NCBI GenBank assembly: GCA_964473255.1
Contig: CAYYOT010000013.1
Span: 21,075-85,074 of the forward strand
DNA from: an uncultured Myxococcales bacterium
Lineage (GTDB): Bacteria > Myxococcota > Kuafuiibacteriia > Kuafuiibacteriales > Kuafuiibacteriaceae
Direction of reading: 5' to 3'
Length of the DNA: 64,000 nt
This document shows positions 1 through 10,444 of the stretch, one piece after another (within the stretch, counting starts at the first letter, position 1; each line of letters opens with the position of its first letter). The position numbers and the translations under genes are program-made. Below the pieces are notes generated by a model that was given only the letters and a program-made list of their open reading frames with translations, made no database searches and had not been told where the DNA came from.

Positions 1-169
1 GCCCAGACCGAAGCCGGCGACGAAGCAGACCAGCGCCAGCAGCCCGCCCCCAGCGGCGTAGCCCCGCGTGGGGTCGATGCCCGCGCCGATGGCGAGGTGG
101 GTCACCGGCTGCAGGCCAAGGATGACCGCCGCGGCAACGCCCCCGATGATGAGGGTTCGGACGAGCAAT

Positions 170-1669
<1,500 letters not shown>

Positions 1670-1794
1670 GGGCGGGGATTACACAGCCCCCAGGACCTCG
1701 GTCAAACGAAACGAATTTCCACCCGGTGGCGCCCATGATGCGTCCAGCGCACTCCCGGCTTGCGCCGCTGACGCCCCGCGGGCATGACCCCCGC

Positions 1795-3474
1795 ATGGCG
1801 GCCGAGTTCGTCTACACCATGCAGAACGTCCGGAAGGCGCATCCGGGCAAAGAAATCATCAAGGACCTGACGCTGGCGTTCCTCCCCGGGGCCAAGATCG
1901 GCGTCCTGGGCGTGAACGGAGCGGGCAAGAGTACGCTCTTGCGGATCATGGCGGGCGTGGACACCGAGTTCACGGGGGAAGCCGGTCCCGGCAAAGGCGT
2001 GCGGGTCGGCTTTTTGACCCAGGAGCCCGAGCTCGATTCCACCAAGACCGTCCGCGAGAATGTCGAGGAGGGCCTCGGCGAGATCCGCGACGTGATGCGC
2101 GAGTTCGAGGAGCTCTCGGCCAAGCTCGGCGAGCCCATGAGCGACGACGAGATGCAGGCGCTGCTCGACCAGCAAGCCGAGCTTCAGGACAAGATCGATG
2201 CCGCCAACGGCTGGGAGCTGGAGAGCACCCTCGAGCGCGCCATGGACGCGCTCCGGTGCCCGCCCGGCGACCTCCCGGTCACGAATCTTTCGGGCGGCGA
2301 GCGCCGCCGAGTCGCCCTGTGTCGGATCCTGCTGGAAAAGCCGGACCTCCTCCTCCTCGACGAGCCGACGAACCACCTGGACGCCGAGTCCGTCGCTTGG
2401 CTCGAACACCACCTCGCCGACTATCCGGGCACCGTGGTGGCCGTGACCCATTATCGGTACTTCCTCGACAACGTGGCCGGGTGGATTCTCGAGCTGGACC
2501 GGGGATCCGGGATCCCCTGGAAAGGCAATTACTCCTCCTGGCTCGAGCAGAAGAGTAAGCGGCTGGAGAAAGAGGAGAAGCAAGCGAGCGCTCGACGCCG
2601 CACGCTGGAGCGGGAACTTGAGTGGGTCAAACAATCCCCGCGAGCGCGTCAGGCCAAGAGCAAGGCGCGGCTGAAGAAGTACGACGAGCTCGTCAACGAG
2701 GCCACCCAGGATCGCGTGCAGGAGATCGAGATTCCCATCCCGCCGGGACCGCGCCTCGGAGACCTCGTCGTCGAGGCTCAAGGCATCACGAAAGCCTACG
2801 GAGACAAGCTCCTCTTCGAGGACCTCTCGTTCAAATTGCCGCCCGGAGCCATCGTGGGTGTCATCGGCGCCAACGGCGCGGGCAAGACCACCCTGTTTCG
2901 GATGTTGACCGGCGAAGAGAAGGCCGACGATGGCGCCCTGAAGCTCGGGGACACCACGAAGTTCGCCTACGTCGATCAGAGTCGCGACTCCCTCGATCCG
3001 GAGCGCGCGCTCTGGGAGGAGATCGCCGACGGTGAGGACGAGATCGAAATCGGGAAACGCAAGCTTCCGGCCCGCTCCTATGCCGCCTCCTTTGGCTTCA
3101 AGGGCAAGGACCAGCAGAAGCTCGTCGGAAGCCTATCCGGCGGGGAGCGGAACCGCGTCCAGCTGGCCAAGCTCCTCAAGAGCGGCGGAAACGTTCTCCT
3201 GCTCGACGAACCGACCAACGACCTCGACGTCGACACGCTGCGAGCCCTCGAGGACGCCCTCCTCCAGTTCGCCGGCTGCGTGGTGGTGATCTCCCATGAC
3301 CGATGGTTCCTGGACCGGATCGCGACGCATATCTTGGCCTTCGAGGGCGATAGTCAGGTGACTTTCTTCGAAGGGAACTTCGAGGACTATGAGAAGGACA
3401 AGAAGCAGCGATTGGGCAAAGAGGCGGACATTCCGCATCGGATCAAGTATCGCCGGCTCACCGCACAGAACTAG
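1795..3474 (+). CDS. ettA: Energy-dependent translational throttle protein EttA (ABC-F ATPase)
   Basis: Two ABC domains (GVNGAGKS/LSGGERRR/DEPTNHLD; GANGAGKT/LSGGERNR/DEPTNDLD). Typical N-terminus FVYTM..VRKAHP and C-terminus PHRIKYRRL. ATG at 1795 chosen over the ORF-track start at 1726. Confidence 0.95.
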   Translation: MAAEFVYTMQNVRKAHPGKEIIKDLTLAFLPGAKIGVLGVNGAGKSTLLRIMAGVDTEFTGEAGPGKGVRVGFLTQEPELDSTKTVRENVEEGLGEIRDVMREFEELSAKLGEPMSDDEMQALLDQQAELQDKIDAANGWELESTLERAMDALRCPPGDLPVTNLSGGERRRVALCRILLEKPDLLLLDEPTNHLDAESVAWLEHHLADYPGTVVAVTHYRYFLDNVAGWILELDRGSGIPWKGNYSSWLEQKSKRLEKEEKQASARRRTLERELEWVKQSPRARQAKSKARLKKYDELVNEATQDRVQEIEIPIPPGPRLGDLVVEAQGITKAYGDKLLFEDLSFKLPPGAIVGVIGANGAGKTTLFRMLTGEEKADDGALKLGDTTKFAYVDQSRDSLDPERALWEEIADGEDEIEIGKRKLPARSYAASFGFKGKDQQKLVGSLSGGERNRVQLAKLLKSGGNVLLLDEPTNDLDVDTLRALEDALLQFAGCVVVISHDRWFLDRIATHILAFEGDSQVTFFEGNFEDYEKDKKQRLGKEADIPHRIKYRRLTAQN

Positions 3475-3480
3475 CGCCCC

Positions 3481-4380
3481 TCAAAGGAGGATGCCGGCCT
3501 CGTTCGGTCTGGGGATCGGAGGCAGTTCGTTTTCACCGATCTCCTCCAGGAGGTTGTTCTCGATGGTGCGCGAAAGGGCTAGCAGCGGCAGACCGTTGTA
3601 GTAGGTGCTGAAGGGGTCTTCCAAAACGCGTCCGGCCTCGCTGATCAGAACAAAGGCGAGCGTCACCAGAAGATTGATGGGCACGGTCAGCCACCCCACG
3701 GTGTCGACGATGGCCAGCGGGAACAAACAGCCGAAAGCGAGGACCAGGCGGTTGGCGATGAAACCGTAGCCCAAGGGAAAAGGCGTCTTCTTGATGCGTT
3801 CGCAGCCCCCCTGAACGTTCAGCATCTCGCGGAAGCTCTCGTCGAAGGACCGCAGGCGATCCTCGGACAGCTCGTCATGGTCGGCCGAAGCCGTCACCGC
3901 CTTGAAGTTCATGTCGACCAGCGCGTGTGTAGGGCTGCTTCGGTCCCAAACGAAGTCCGGCGCGACGTCGGTGTAGCGCTTGAGATCGGCGTCCGACCGG
4001 GGATCTTCGAGGCGCAGCAAGACCCGTAGCGCGTGGACGTAGGCGATGTGCCGCCGCACGAGCAGTCTCGCTTCGTCCGGTTTTTTGGGGGCGAGGTAAG
4101 ACTGCACTTCGGTGCTGAACTGCCGGGAGACGTTGACCATCCGCCCCCACAGCTTTCGGCCCTCCCACCACCGGTCGTACGCCGAGTTGCTTCGAAAGCT
4201 CACGAAGATGCCGATCGCCCCGCCCACGACGGCGAGCGGAAGTCCGGGAAGGGTCACCCACTCGAAGTTGTAGACTTCGTGTAGGAGCGTGATGAGGAAC
4301 GCCGCTCCCCCGAAGAGGAGGCCGCTCTTCCACTGCCAAAGCAAAATACGGAGCACCGAGCCCCGGGTACTGACCATCAT
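3481..4380 (-). CDS. Bestrophin family ion channel (YneE-like)
   Basis: FRSNSAYDRWWEGRKLWG, CERIKKTPFP and LEDPF motifs. Confidence 0.9.
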   Translation of the reverse strand: MMVSTRGSVLRILLWQWKSGLLFGGAAFLITLLHEVYNFEWVTLPGLPLAVVGGAIGIFVSFRSNSAYDRWWEGRKLWGRMVNVSRQFSTEVQSYLAPKKPDEARLLVRRHIAYVHALRVLLRLEDPRSDADLKRYTDVAPDFVWDRSSPTHALVDMNFKAVTASADHDELSEDRLRSFDESFREMLNVQGGCERIKKTPFPLGYGFIANRLVLAFGCLFPLAIVDTVGWLTVPINLLVTLAFVLISEAGRVLEDPFSTYYNGLPLLALSRTIENNLLEEIGENELPPIPRPNEAGILL

Positions 4381-4475
4381 GGTGCGGGCACCGATAGCGG
4401 GCCGCGGGCCCAAAGTCAGCGGCCCGACCCGGGCACCCCTTCCCCGGAGCCGCGAGTCGCGAGAACATCCCCACC

Positions 4476-5828
4476 GTGAATCGGATGGGTCGCTACCTTC
4501 TGCTCCGGCGGCTCGCGACCGGCGGCATGGGTGAGATCATCCTTGCCGAGCAAACCGGTCTATCCGGCTTCTCCAAGCGCGTGGTGATCAAGCGCATCCG
4601 CTCCGACTTGGCCGTCGACACCGACTACGTTCGCCTCTTCCTCAATGAGGCGCGAACCGGATCCTTTCTCAATCACCCGAACATCGTTCATGTGCTCGAC
4701 GTGGGCCACGACGACGACCAGCTCTATCTCGTTTTGGAGTACGTCGACGGGATCGACCTCAAGCGCCTGACGCGCCGAGCTTCGCTCGCCGGTCACGCCC
4801 TGTCCGGACCGACCCTGGCCGCGCTGTCGCTCGACGTCTTGGAAGCGCTCAGCTGGGCGCATACGCGGAGTCCCATCACCGAGAGCCCGATCATCCACCG
4901 GGACATCAGCCCCGAAAATCTACTCGTCACGCGCGGCGCCAAGGTGAAGGTTCTCGACTTCGGTCTCGCCAAGTGGTGGCCATCCAGCACCACCGTTCCG
5001 TCCCTCGAAGGCCGGATGATCTTCGGCAAGGTTCGGTACATGCCACCCGAGCAGCTCAAAGGTCATCCGATCGATGCTCGGGCCGACCTCTATTCCCTCG
5101 GGGCGGTCCTCTACGAAGCGCTGTCTGGGCACCTTCCTTTCGGTCGGGGCAGCGCCAGCCAAATCCTGGAGCGCATTCGCTCGGGTCTCCCGCCGCCGCC
5201 GACCGTCGATTGGAGGGAGCCGGACCCGGCACTCGACGATCTCATCGCGAAAGCCCTGGCCCCTCGGCCCGAGGACCGGTTCCCTTCCGCCGAAGCGATG
5301 CGGTCCGCGTTCGTCGAGTACCTCCGCGATCGGAATCGGGTGCTTCCGCTCGAGCGGCTGCGCCGACTGCTCCAGCCCAGTAGTCGCTCCCCCGAGTTCG
5401 ACTCCGGACCGGCGGAGCCCCTATCGCCGACGGTGCTCGACCTCCCGGTCGCCGAGCGCTGCGGTAAGTGCGGAGGGGAGCTGCGAGCCTTCGTCCTCGA
5501 TGACCTGATCCTGGACCAATGCCAGTCGTGTCAGGGCGTGTGGGTCGACCGCGCCGAGCTCGACCGGATCCTGGGACACGGGCTCTCCGGCCGGCTGGAA
5601 GCGGCGAGCGCAGACCGCGCTCTCCCCGACCTCGACCCAGTGCTCGGCTCGTGTCCCGTCGACCGCGTGGGACTCATGGCGTTTCAGGTTCCCGGGCGCA
5701 GCATTTCCCTCGAGGCCTGTCCCCACTGCCACGGCATGTGGTTCGACCGCGACGAGCTGGCGGTGCTCCAGGAAGGGCGCGTGGTCAGCTGGCTGCGGAG
5801 CCAGCTTTCGTCGCTCGAGGCACCCTGA
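4476..5828 (+). CDS. Hanks-type Ser/Thr protein kinase with two C-terminal TFIIB-type zinc-ribbon domains
   Basis: LATGGMGEI, VIK, HRDISPENLL, DFGLAK, YMPPEQ. C-terminal CGKC..CQSCQGVWVDRAEL and CPVD..CPHCHGMWFDRDEL. Confidence 0.9.
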   Translation: MNRMGRYLLLRRLATGGMGEIILAEQTGLSGFSKRVVIKRIRSDLAVDTDYVRLFLNEARTGSFLNHPNIVHVLDVGHDDDQLYLVLEYVDGIDLKRLTRRASLAGHALSGPTLAALSLDVLEALSWAHTRSPITESPIIHRDISPENLLVTRGAKVKVLDFGLAKWWPSSTTVPSLEGRMIFGKVRYMPPEQLKGHPIDARADLYSLGAVLYEALSGHLPFGRGSASQILERIRSGLPPPPTVDWREPDPALDDLIAKALAPRPEDRFPSAEAMRSAFVEYLRDRNRVLPLERLRRLLQPSSRSPEFDSGPAEPLSPTVLDLPVAERCGKCGGELRAFVLDDLILDQCQSCQGVWVDRAELDRILGHGLSGRLEAASADRALPDLDPVLGSCPVDRVGLMAFQVPGRSISLEACPHCHGMWFDRDELAVLQEGRVVSWLRSQLSSLEAP

Positions 5829-6437
5829 CTACATGTCGCGGCGGCCGGCCAGAGCGCGGCTGATCGTGGCGGGGTCGGCATATTCGAAGTCACCGCCCAT
5901 GGGCAGGCCCGATGCGATGCGGGTGATCCGGTAGCCCATCGGGGCCAGAACGCGCTGGACATAGAGCGCGGTCGCTTCACCCTCGACGCTGGGATTGGTG
6001 GCGAGGATGACTTCTTCCGGCCCGGGCTGCTCCGTGCGCAGACGCTCGAGGAGCTCCTTCATCTTGAGCTGGTCGGGACCGATTCCCTCGAGGGGAGCGA
6101 GGGCGCCGTGGAGCACGTGATACCGTCCTTCGAACTCCCGCGTTCGTTCGATGGCCCGGAGATCCTGCACCGTCTCCACGATGCACAGGAGACGGTCGTT
6201 GCGTCGAGCGTCGCGGCAGACCGAGCAAAGACTGTCGCTCGTGAGGTTCATACACCGCGAGCAAAAGCGCGTCCGCTCCGAGGCCCCGCGGATGCTCTCG
6301 GCGAGCTCCTCGGCGAACTCCCCGCCTTGGCGCAAAATGAAGAACGCCAGCCGCGTCGCCGTCTTTTCTCCGATGCCGGGCAAACGGCCGAGCGCCTGCA
6401 CCAGACGGGCGACCGGGTCGACGCTGGGCTCGCTCAC
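5829..6437 (-). CDS. recR: Recombination mediator RecR
   Basis: LPGIGEKTATRLAF, C4 zinc finger CSRC..CSVC, Toprim EVILATNPSVEGEATA, GLPMGGDFEYAD. Confidence 0.97.
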   Translation of the reverse strand: MSEPSVDPVARLVQALGRLPGIGEKTATRLAFFILRQGGEFAEELAESIRGASERTRFCSRCMNLTSDSLCSVCRDARRNDRLLCIVETVQDLRAIERTREFEGRYHVLHGALAPLEGIGPDQLKMKELLERLRTEQPGPEEVILATNPSVEGEATALYVQRVLAPMGYRITRIASGLPMGGDFEYADPATISRALAGRRDM

Positions 6438-6748
6438 GCTCCGAATAGACCCGGAAGCTGAAGGCCTCCGGTGACCTTGCTCATCTCCGCCGCCATGTGC
6501 TCCTGCGCGCGCTGGAGGGCCTGATTCGTGGCCGCCATGACGAGGTCCTGGAGCATCTCGACTTCTTCTTTGTCGACGACTTCCGGATCGATGGCGACGG
6601 AGAGGATTTCGCCCCGGCCGTTGGCGGTAACCGAGACCATCTGCCCCCCGGCCGAGCCTTCGACGGTGGCCGCCGCAGCCTCTTCCTTCACCTTCTCGAG
6701 CTTGGTCTGCATCTGGCGCGCTTGGCGCATCATGTCCTGAAGATTCAT
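6434..6748 (-). CDS. ebfC: Nucleoid-associated protein YbaB/EbfC
   Basis: MMRQARQMQ..GSAGGQMVSVTANG..LQDLVMAATNQA; conserved dnaX-ebfC-recR order. Confidence 0.95.
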   Translation of the reverse strand: MNLQDMMRQARQMQTKLEKVKEEAAAATVEGSAGGQMVSVTANGRGEILSVAIDPEVVDKEEVEMLQDLVMAATNQALQRAQEHMAAEMSKVTGGLQLPGLFGA

Positions 6749-6749
6749 G

Positions 6750-8561
6750 TCACTCTTCTCGTACGCGAACGCTCGTCACCGAGCCACCGAGTTCGCGCTC
6801 GACGGCCTTCACCGCCGGGTGATTGCGCGCCTTCGCTTCCAGCTCTTCCTGTCGCCGACCCGCCACGGCCTCGTCCTCTTCGGAGATGGATGGCGCATCG
6901 GTTTCGGCGAGCTGTCCCACGCGTTCGATCTCCAGCGGGACCCGCTTGCCGAAGAAGCTCGTGAGCTGCTCCTCCAAGAACCGCCGGGTCTTCGTCGCCG
7001 TCAGCGCCTTGGCGTCGAAGGCCGTTTGACAGTGCAGCCGCACCACGTCCGGTCCGAACGTCGCCGGACGCACCTGGGCGAGCGAGGCCGCCAGCGCAGG
7101 ACGGGCTGCCTTCACACCGTCCACGAAGCTTCGAAAGTCCGTACCGGCAGAAGCGGGAGCTGCGGGTTTGCCTCCGGTCGGAGCAGCGGACTGCTCGGTT
7201 TCGGGCGTCGAGGAGGGGCGCTCCGCCGGGGGACGACGCGCCTCGGGTTGCTGGTCTCTCGCACTGCGAGCGGAGGACCCTGCGGCACGACCACCACTGC
7301 GGGCGGAGGAATCCGCGGCACGATCACGGTCGGCGCGCCCCGGACCCGCCGCGCTCCCGGCAGGACGGCCGGCCCGTCCGGAGCCCGAAGGGCCGCCACC
7401 CCCGCTTCGAACCGCGCCCTCCAGGTCTTCGAGCTGCTCGACCAGGAGCTGCAGATCCACCTCCGGCGGAGCCTCGGCCAGCGACGCCAAGCCGATCTCG
7501 AGAGTGAATCGCGGATGCGGACTGTTGCCGACCTCTTCGACGAGGGGGCTTATCTGAGCGAAGAGTCGCTCGAAGGTGACGGGCTCATACGCCCGCGAAG
7601 TCTCGATGAGCTCTTTGATCTCGTCTTGTGGACGGTCGAGAGCGGTGCTGGGGTCCGGAAGAACTCGTGCGACGAGGAGGTCGCGTACGTGTTCGGCGAG
7701 GGCGTCGGTGAAGCGGACGAGGTCGAGACCCCGTTCGTAGACCAACCGCACCCGCTCGAAGACCGCTGCCGGCTCCCGCTGCAACAGGGCGTCGACCGTA
7801 CCGTGGACCGACTCCGCATCGACCACGCCCAGGGCCTCGCGGATCAGGGCTGCATCCAGGCTTCGTTCGCCGGCGTACGCCAAGACCTGCTCCAAGAGTG
7901 ACTGGGCGTCGCGCATCGAGCCTTCCGCTTCGCGGGCGATCAGCGAGAGCGCGTCGGGGTCGTGGTCGCGAGCTTCCTCGGTCAGGATCTCCGACAAACG
8001 GGCCGCGATCCGGGGCCCCGGGATGCGCCGAAAGTCGTACCGCTGCACTCGGGACAGGATGGTCACCGGGACCTTGTGCACGTCGGTCGTGGCCAGGATG
8101 AACTTCACGTGAGGCGGCGGTTCTTCCAAGGTCTTCAAGAGCGCGTTGAACGCTCCTTGGGAGAGCATGTGCACTTCATCGATCACGTAGATCTTGAAAC
8201 GAGCGGAGCTCGGGAGATAACGGGCGTTGTCGACGATGTCGCGCACGTTATCGACCCCGGTGTGCGAGGCCGCGTCGATCTCGAACACATCGGTGGAGCG
8301 CCCTTCCGTGATTTCGAGGCATGCCGGGCACGTCCCACACGGCGTCGCGGTCGGTCCGTCATGGGTCGTGCAGCACAGGGCCTTGGCCAAGATCCGGGCC
8401 GCGGAGGTCTTCCCGACCCCGCGCGGCCCGCTGAACAGGAACGCATGGGCGACGCGGTCGGCCTCGATCGCGTTCTTGAGCGTTCGGGTCACGTGCTCCT
8501 GACCCAGGACGTCGTCGAAGGTTTGGGGACGCCATTTCCGGGCGAGCACCACGTAGCTCAT
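6750..8561 (-). CDS. dnaX: DNA polymerase III subunit gamma/tau
   Basis: LARKWRPQTF, GPRGVGKT, IDEVHMLS..FNALLKTLEEPP, GSMRDAQSLL; Pro/Ala-rich linker and C-terminal domain. Confidence 0.97.
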   Translation of the reverse strand: MSYVVLARKWRPQTFDDVLGQEHVTRTLKNAIEADRVAHAFLFSGPRGVGKTSAARILAKALCCTTHDGPTATPCGTCPACLEITEGRSTDVFEIDAASHTGVDNVRDIVDNARYLPSSARFKIYVIDEVHMLSQGAFNALLKTLEEPPPHVKFILATTDVHKVPVTILSRVQRYDFRRIPGPRIAARLSEILTEEARDHDPDALSLIAREAEGSMRDAQSLLEQVLAYAGERSLDAALIREALGVVDAESVHGTVDALLQREPAAVFERVRLVYERGLDLVRFTDALAEHVRDLLVARVLPDPSTALDRPQDEIKELIETSRAYEPVTFERLFAQISPLVEEVGNSPHPRFTLEIGLASLAEAPPEVDLQLLVEQLEDLEGAVRSGGGGPSGSGRAGRPAGSAAGPGRADRDRAADSSARSGGRAAGSSARSARDQQPEARRPPAERPSSTPETEQSAAPTGGKPAAPASAGTDFRSFVDGVKAARPALAASLAQVRPATFGPDVVRLHCQTAFDAKALTATKTRRFLEEQLTSFFGKRVPLEIERVGQLAETDAPSISEEDEAVAGRRQEELEAKARNHPAVKAVERELGGSVTSVRVREE

Positions 8562-8656
8562 GAATGACGGATCCTCGGCCCGAGGGCCCCGATCGAGACG
8601 GCCCTGCCGGACAGGGGTCGACCGGGGGGGCCAAACTGATCGGGGGGCGAAAAGTG

Positions 8657-8755
8657 ATCGCCAGGCACCCTACAACACACGCGCTGAGCTCCTACCGTTG
8701 CTTCCTTCCGGACCTGGCGGGGTTCAGAGCCGCGCGTTGCGTAGGACCCGGCGAC
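8657..8755 (-). ncRNA. ffs: Signal recognition particle RNA (small bacterial 4.5S type)
   Basis: Minus strand contains CCAGGTCCGGAAGGAAGCAACGG (SRP helix 8). Terminal stem TCGCCGGG..CCTGGCGA. Lies immediately upstream of dnaX. Ends are approximate. Confidence 0.9.
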
Positions 8756-8763
8756 CGGCGGAC

Positions 8764-8792
8764 ACGATGGACCAGAAAAGCACCCGCATCAA
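8764..8792 (-). promoter_or_regulatory. Candidate sigma70-type promoter of SRP RNA
   Basis: Minus strand TTGATG-N17-CATCGT, ending about 8 nt before the predicted SRP 5' end. Confidence 0.4.
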
Positions 8793-8827
8793 GCAGAACT
8801 ATGTGGAGCGCGAGCGTCCCATGCCTC

Positions 8828-8857
8828 TTGCACATCCAGGACCGGTTCCGTTAAGGC
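8828..8857 (+). promoter_or_regulatory. Candidate sigma70-type promoter of tRNA-Ser
   Basis: TTGCAC at 8828, then 17-18 nt, then (T)TAAGGC, about 30 nt upstream of the tRNA. Confidence 0.3.
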
Positions 8858-8886
8858 GACGGGTCCTTGTAGGCGTCTGCGCCCTT

Positions 8887-8973
8887 GGAGAGGTGGCCGA
8901 GTGGCTTAAGGTGCACGACTGGAAATCGTGTGTGCCCGAGAGGGTACCGAGGGTTCGAATCCCTCTCTCTCCG
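8887..8973 (+). tRNA. tRNA-Ser(GGA)
   Basis: GGAGAGG acceptor stem pairing with CTCTCC; anticodon arm CACGA-CTGGAAA-TCGTG; long variable arm; GGTTCGAATCC T-loop; CCA not encoded. Confidence 0.96.
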
Positions 8974-9009
8974 TAATCCGATCGCTCCCGGGAGGCCCTA
9001 CCCACCCGG

Positions 9010-9465
9010 TCAACCGCGCCGCGCCCGAAAGAAGGCCTTCAAGAGCGCCGAACTGCGCTCGGCCTCCACCCCGCTGGTGACGCTGAGGCGATGGTTTAGC
9101 CGCGCATCATCCGCGAGCGAGAAGAGCGATCGGACCGCACCCGCCTTGGGGTCGTCGGCACCGTACACGAGGCGATCGATCCGAGCGTTGACGAGCGCAC
9201 CGGTGCACATGGGGCACGGCTCGAGCGTGACGTAGAGCGTGCAGCCCGAAAGCCTCCATCGATCGAGGCGAGCCGCCGCGCGCCGGATGGCGATCATCTC
9301 GGCATGGGTCGTGGGATCTTTCGAGCCTTCCCGCTCGTTGTGCCCAGCCGCCACCAACCGGTCGTCGAGCACGACGACCGCTCCCACCGGGACCTCGCCC
9401 GCCGCCGCCGCCCGTTCGGCTTCGGTCAAGGCGGCCTGCATCCAGTGCTGATCGCGGCTCGGCAT
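9010..9465 (-). CDS. tadA: tRNA adenosine(34) deaminase
   Basis: GEVPVGAVVV, HAEM, TLEPCPMC, RLVYGA.DPKAGA, LNHR. Start moved to ATG 9465 (MPSRDQHWM). Confidence 0.95.
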   Translation of the reverse strand: MPSRDQHWMQAALTEAERAAAAGEVPVGAVVVLDDRLVAAGHNEREGSKDPTTHAEMIAIRRAAARLDRWRLSGCTLYVTLEPCPMCTGALVNARIDRLVYGADDPKAGAVRSLFSLADDARLNHRLSVTSGVEAERSSALLKAFFRARRG

Positions 9466-9469
9466 TTCG

Positions 9470-10444
9470 TCAGTAGTCGAGGAGACCTCGGACCTCCCTG
9501 GCCACGGCTTCCGCGTCCGGCCGCACGACGGCCTCCAACTGCGGATGGGCGGGCGTGGGTACGTCCGGAGCGGCCACCCTCCGGATCGGAGCATCGAGCC
9601 GGTCGAAGCAGAGGTCGGAGAGGGTCGCCGCCAGCTCTGCGCCGAATCCCGCCGTTCGCGTCGCTTCGGTCACGACCAATCCGCGACCCGTCCGAGCCAC
9701 CGACGCCGCAGCCGTCTTCCAGTCCCAGGGGACCAGCGTGCGAAGGTCGACGACTTCGAGCTCCACGCCCTCGTTGGTCAGGGCCTCGGCGGCCTCGAGC
9801 ACCAGGGGCACGCCGTTGGCGTACGTCACCACCGTCGCGTCGCGCCCGGGGCGGACGATGCGGGCTTCTCCGAGGCGCGCCGCCGGCTGGAGCTCGTCGG
9901 CGTCCGCCTTCAGGCGTCGATACAAGTACTTCTGCTCCAGGTAGATCACCGGGTCCGGATCGTCGATCGCCGCCCGCAGCAGCGCATAGGCGTCGGCCGC
10001 CGTGGCCGGAGCGACGACCTTCAGGCCCGGGGCCTGTCCGAACCAGCCCTCCGGATTTTTGCTATGAAACGGGCCCGCGGCCACGCCACCACCGGCCGGC
10101 AGCCGCACGACCATCGGCACCGACACCCCGAGACGATAGTGAAACGTGGCCGCATTGTTCACGAGCTGCGAAAAGCCGCAGGTGACGAAGTCGGCGAACT
10201 GCATCTCCGCGACCGGCCGCCGTCCGCGGATGGCGGCACCGATCGCCACACCGACGATCAGCGACTCGGCGATGGGCATGTCGACGACGCGCTCCGACCC
10301 GAATCGGTCGAGGAGCCCGGCCGTCGCTTTGAATGCGCCGCCGAAATGCCCGATGTCCTCGCCCAGACAAAAGACCGTCTCGTCGGCGGCCATGGCATCC
10401 GTCAGGGCGCGACGGATCGCCTCGATATACGTCACGTCCGCCAT
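9470..10444 (-). CDS. 2-oxoacid dehydrogenase E1 beta subunit (pyruvate or branched-chain)
   Basis: GEDIGHFGGAFKAT, DMPIAES, EMQFADF, EVVDLRTL. ATG 10444 overlaps the E1 alpha stop codon. Confidence 0.92.
   Translation of the reverse strand: MADVTYIEAIRRALTDAMAADETVFCLGEDIGHFGGAFKATAGLLDRFGSERVVDMPIAESLIVGVAIGAAIRGRRPVAEMQFADFVTCGFSQLVNNAATFHYRLGVSVPMVVRLPAGGGVAAGPFHSKNPEGWFGQAPGLKVVAPATAADAYALLRAAIDDPDPVIYLEQKYLYRRLKADADELQPAARLGEARIVRPGRDATVVTYANGVPLVLEAAEALTNEGVELEVVDLRTLVPWDWKTAAASVARTGRGLVVTEATRTAGFGAELAATLSDLCFDRLDAPIRRVAAPDVPTPAHPQLEAVVRPDAEAVAREVRGLLDY

Noticed and set aside
6750-8561. Programmed -1 frameshift producing a gamma subunit in dnaX
   Set aside because: No A-AAA-AAG-type slippery run seen in the gene.
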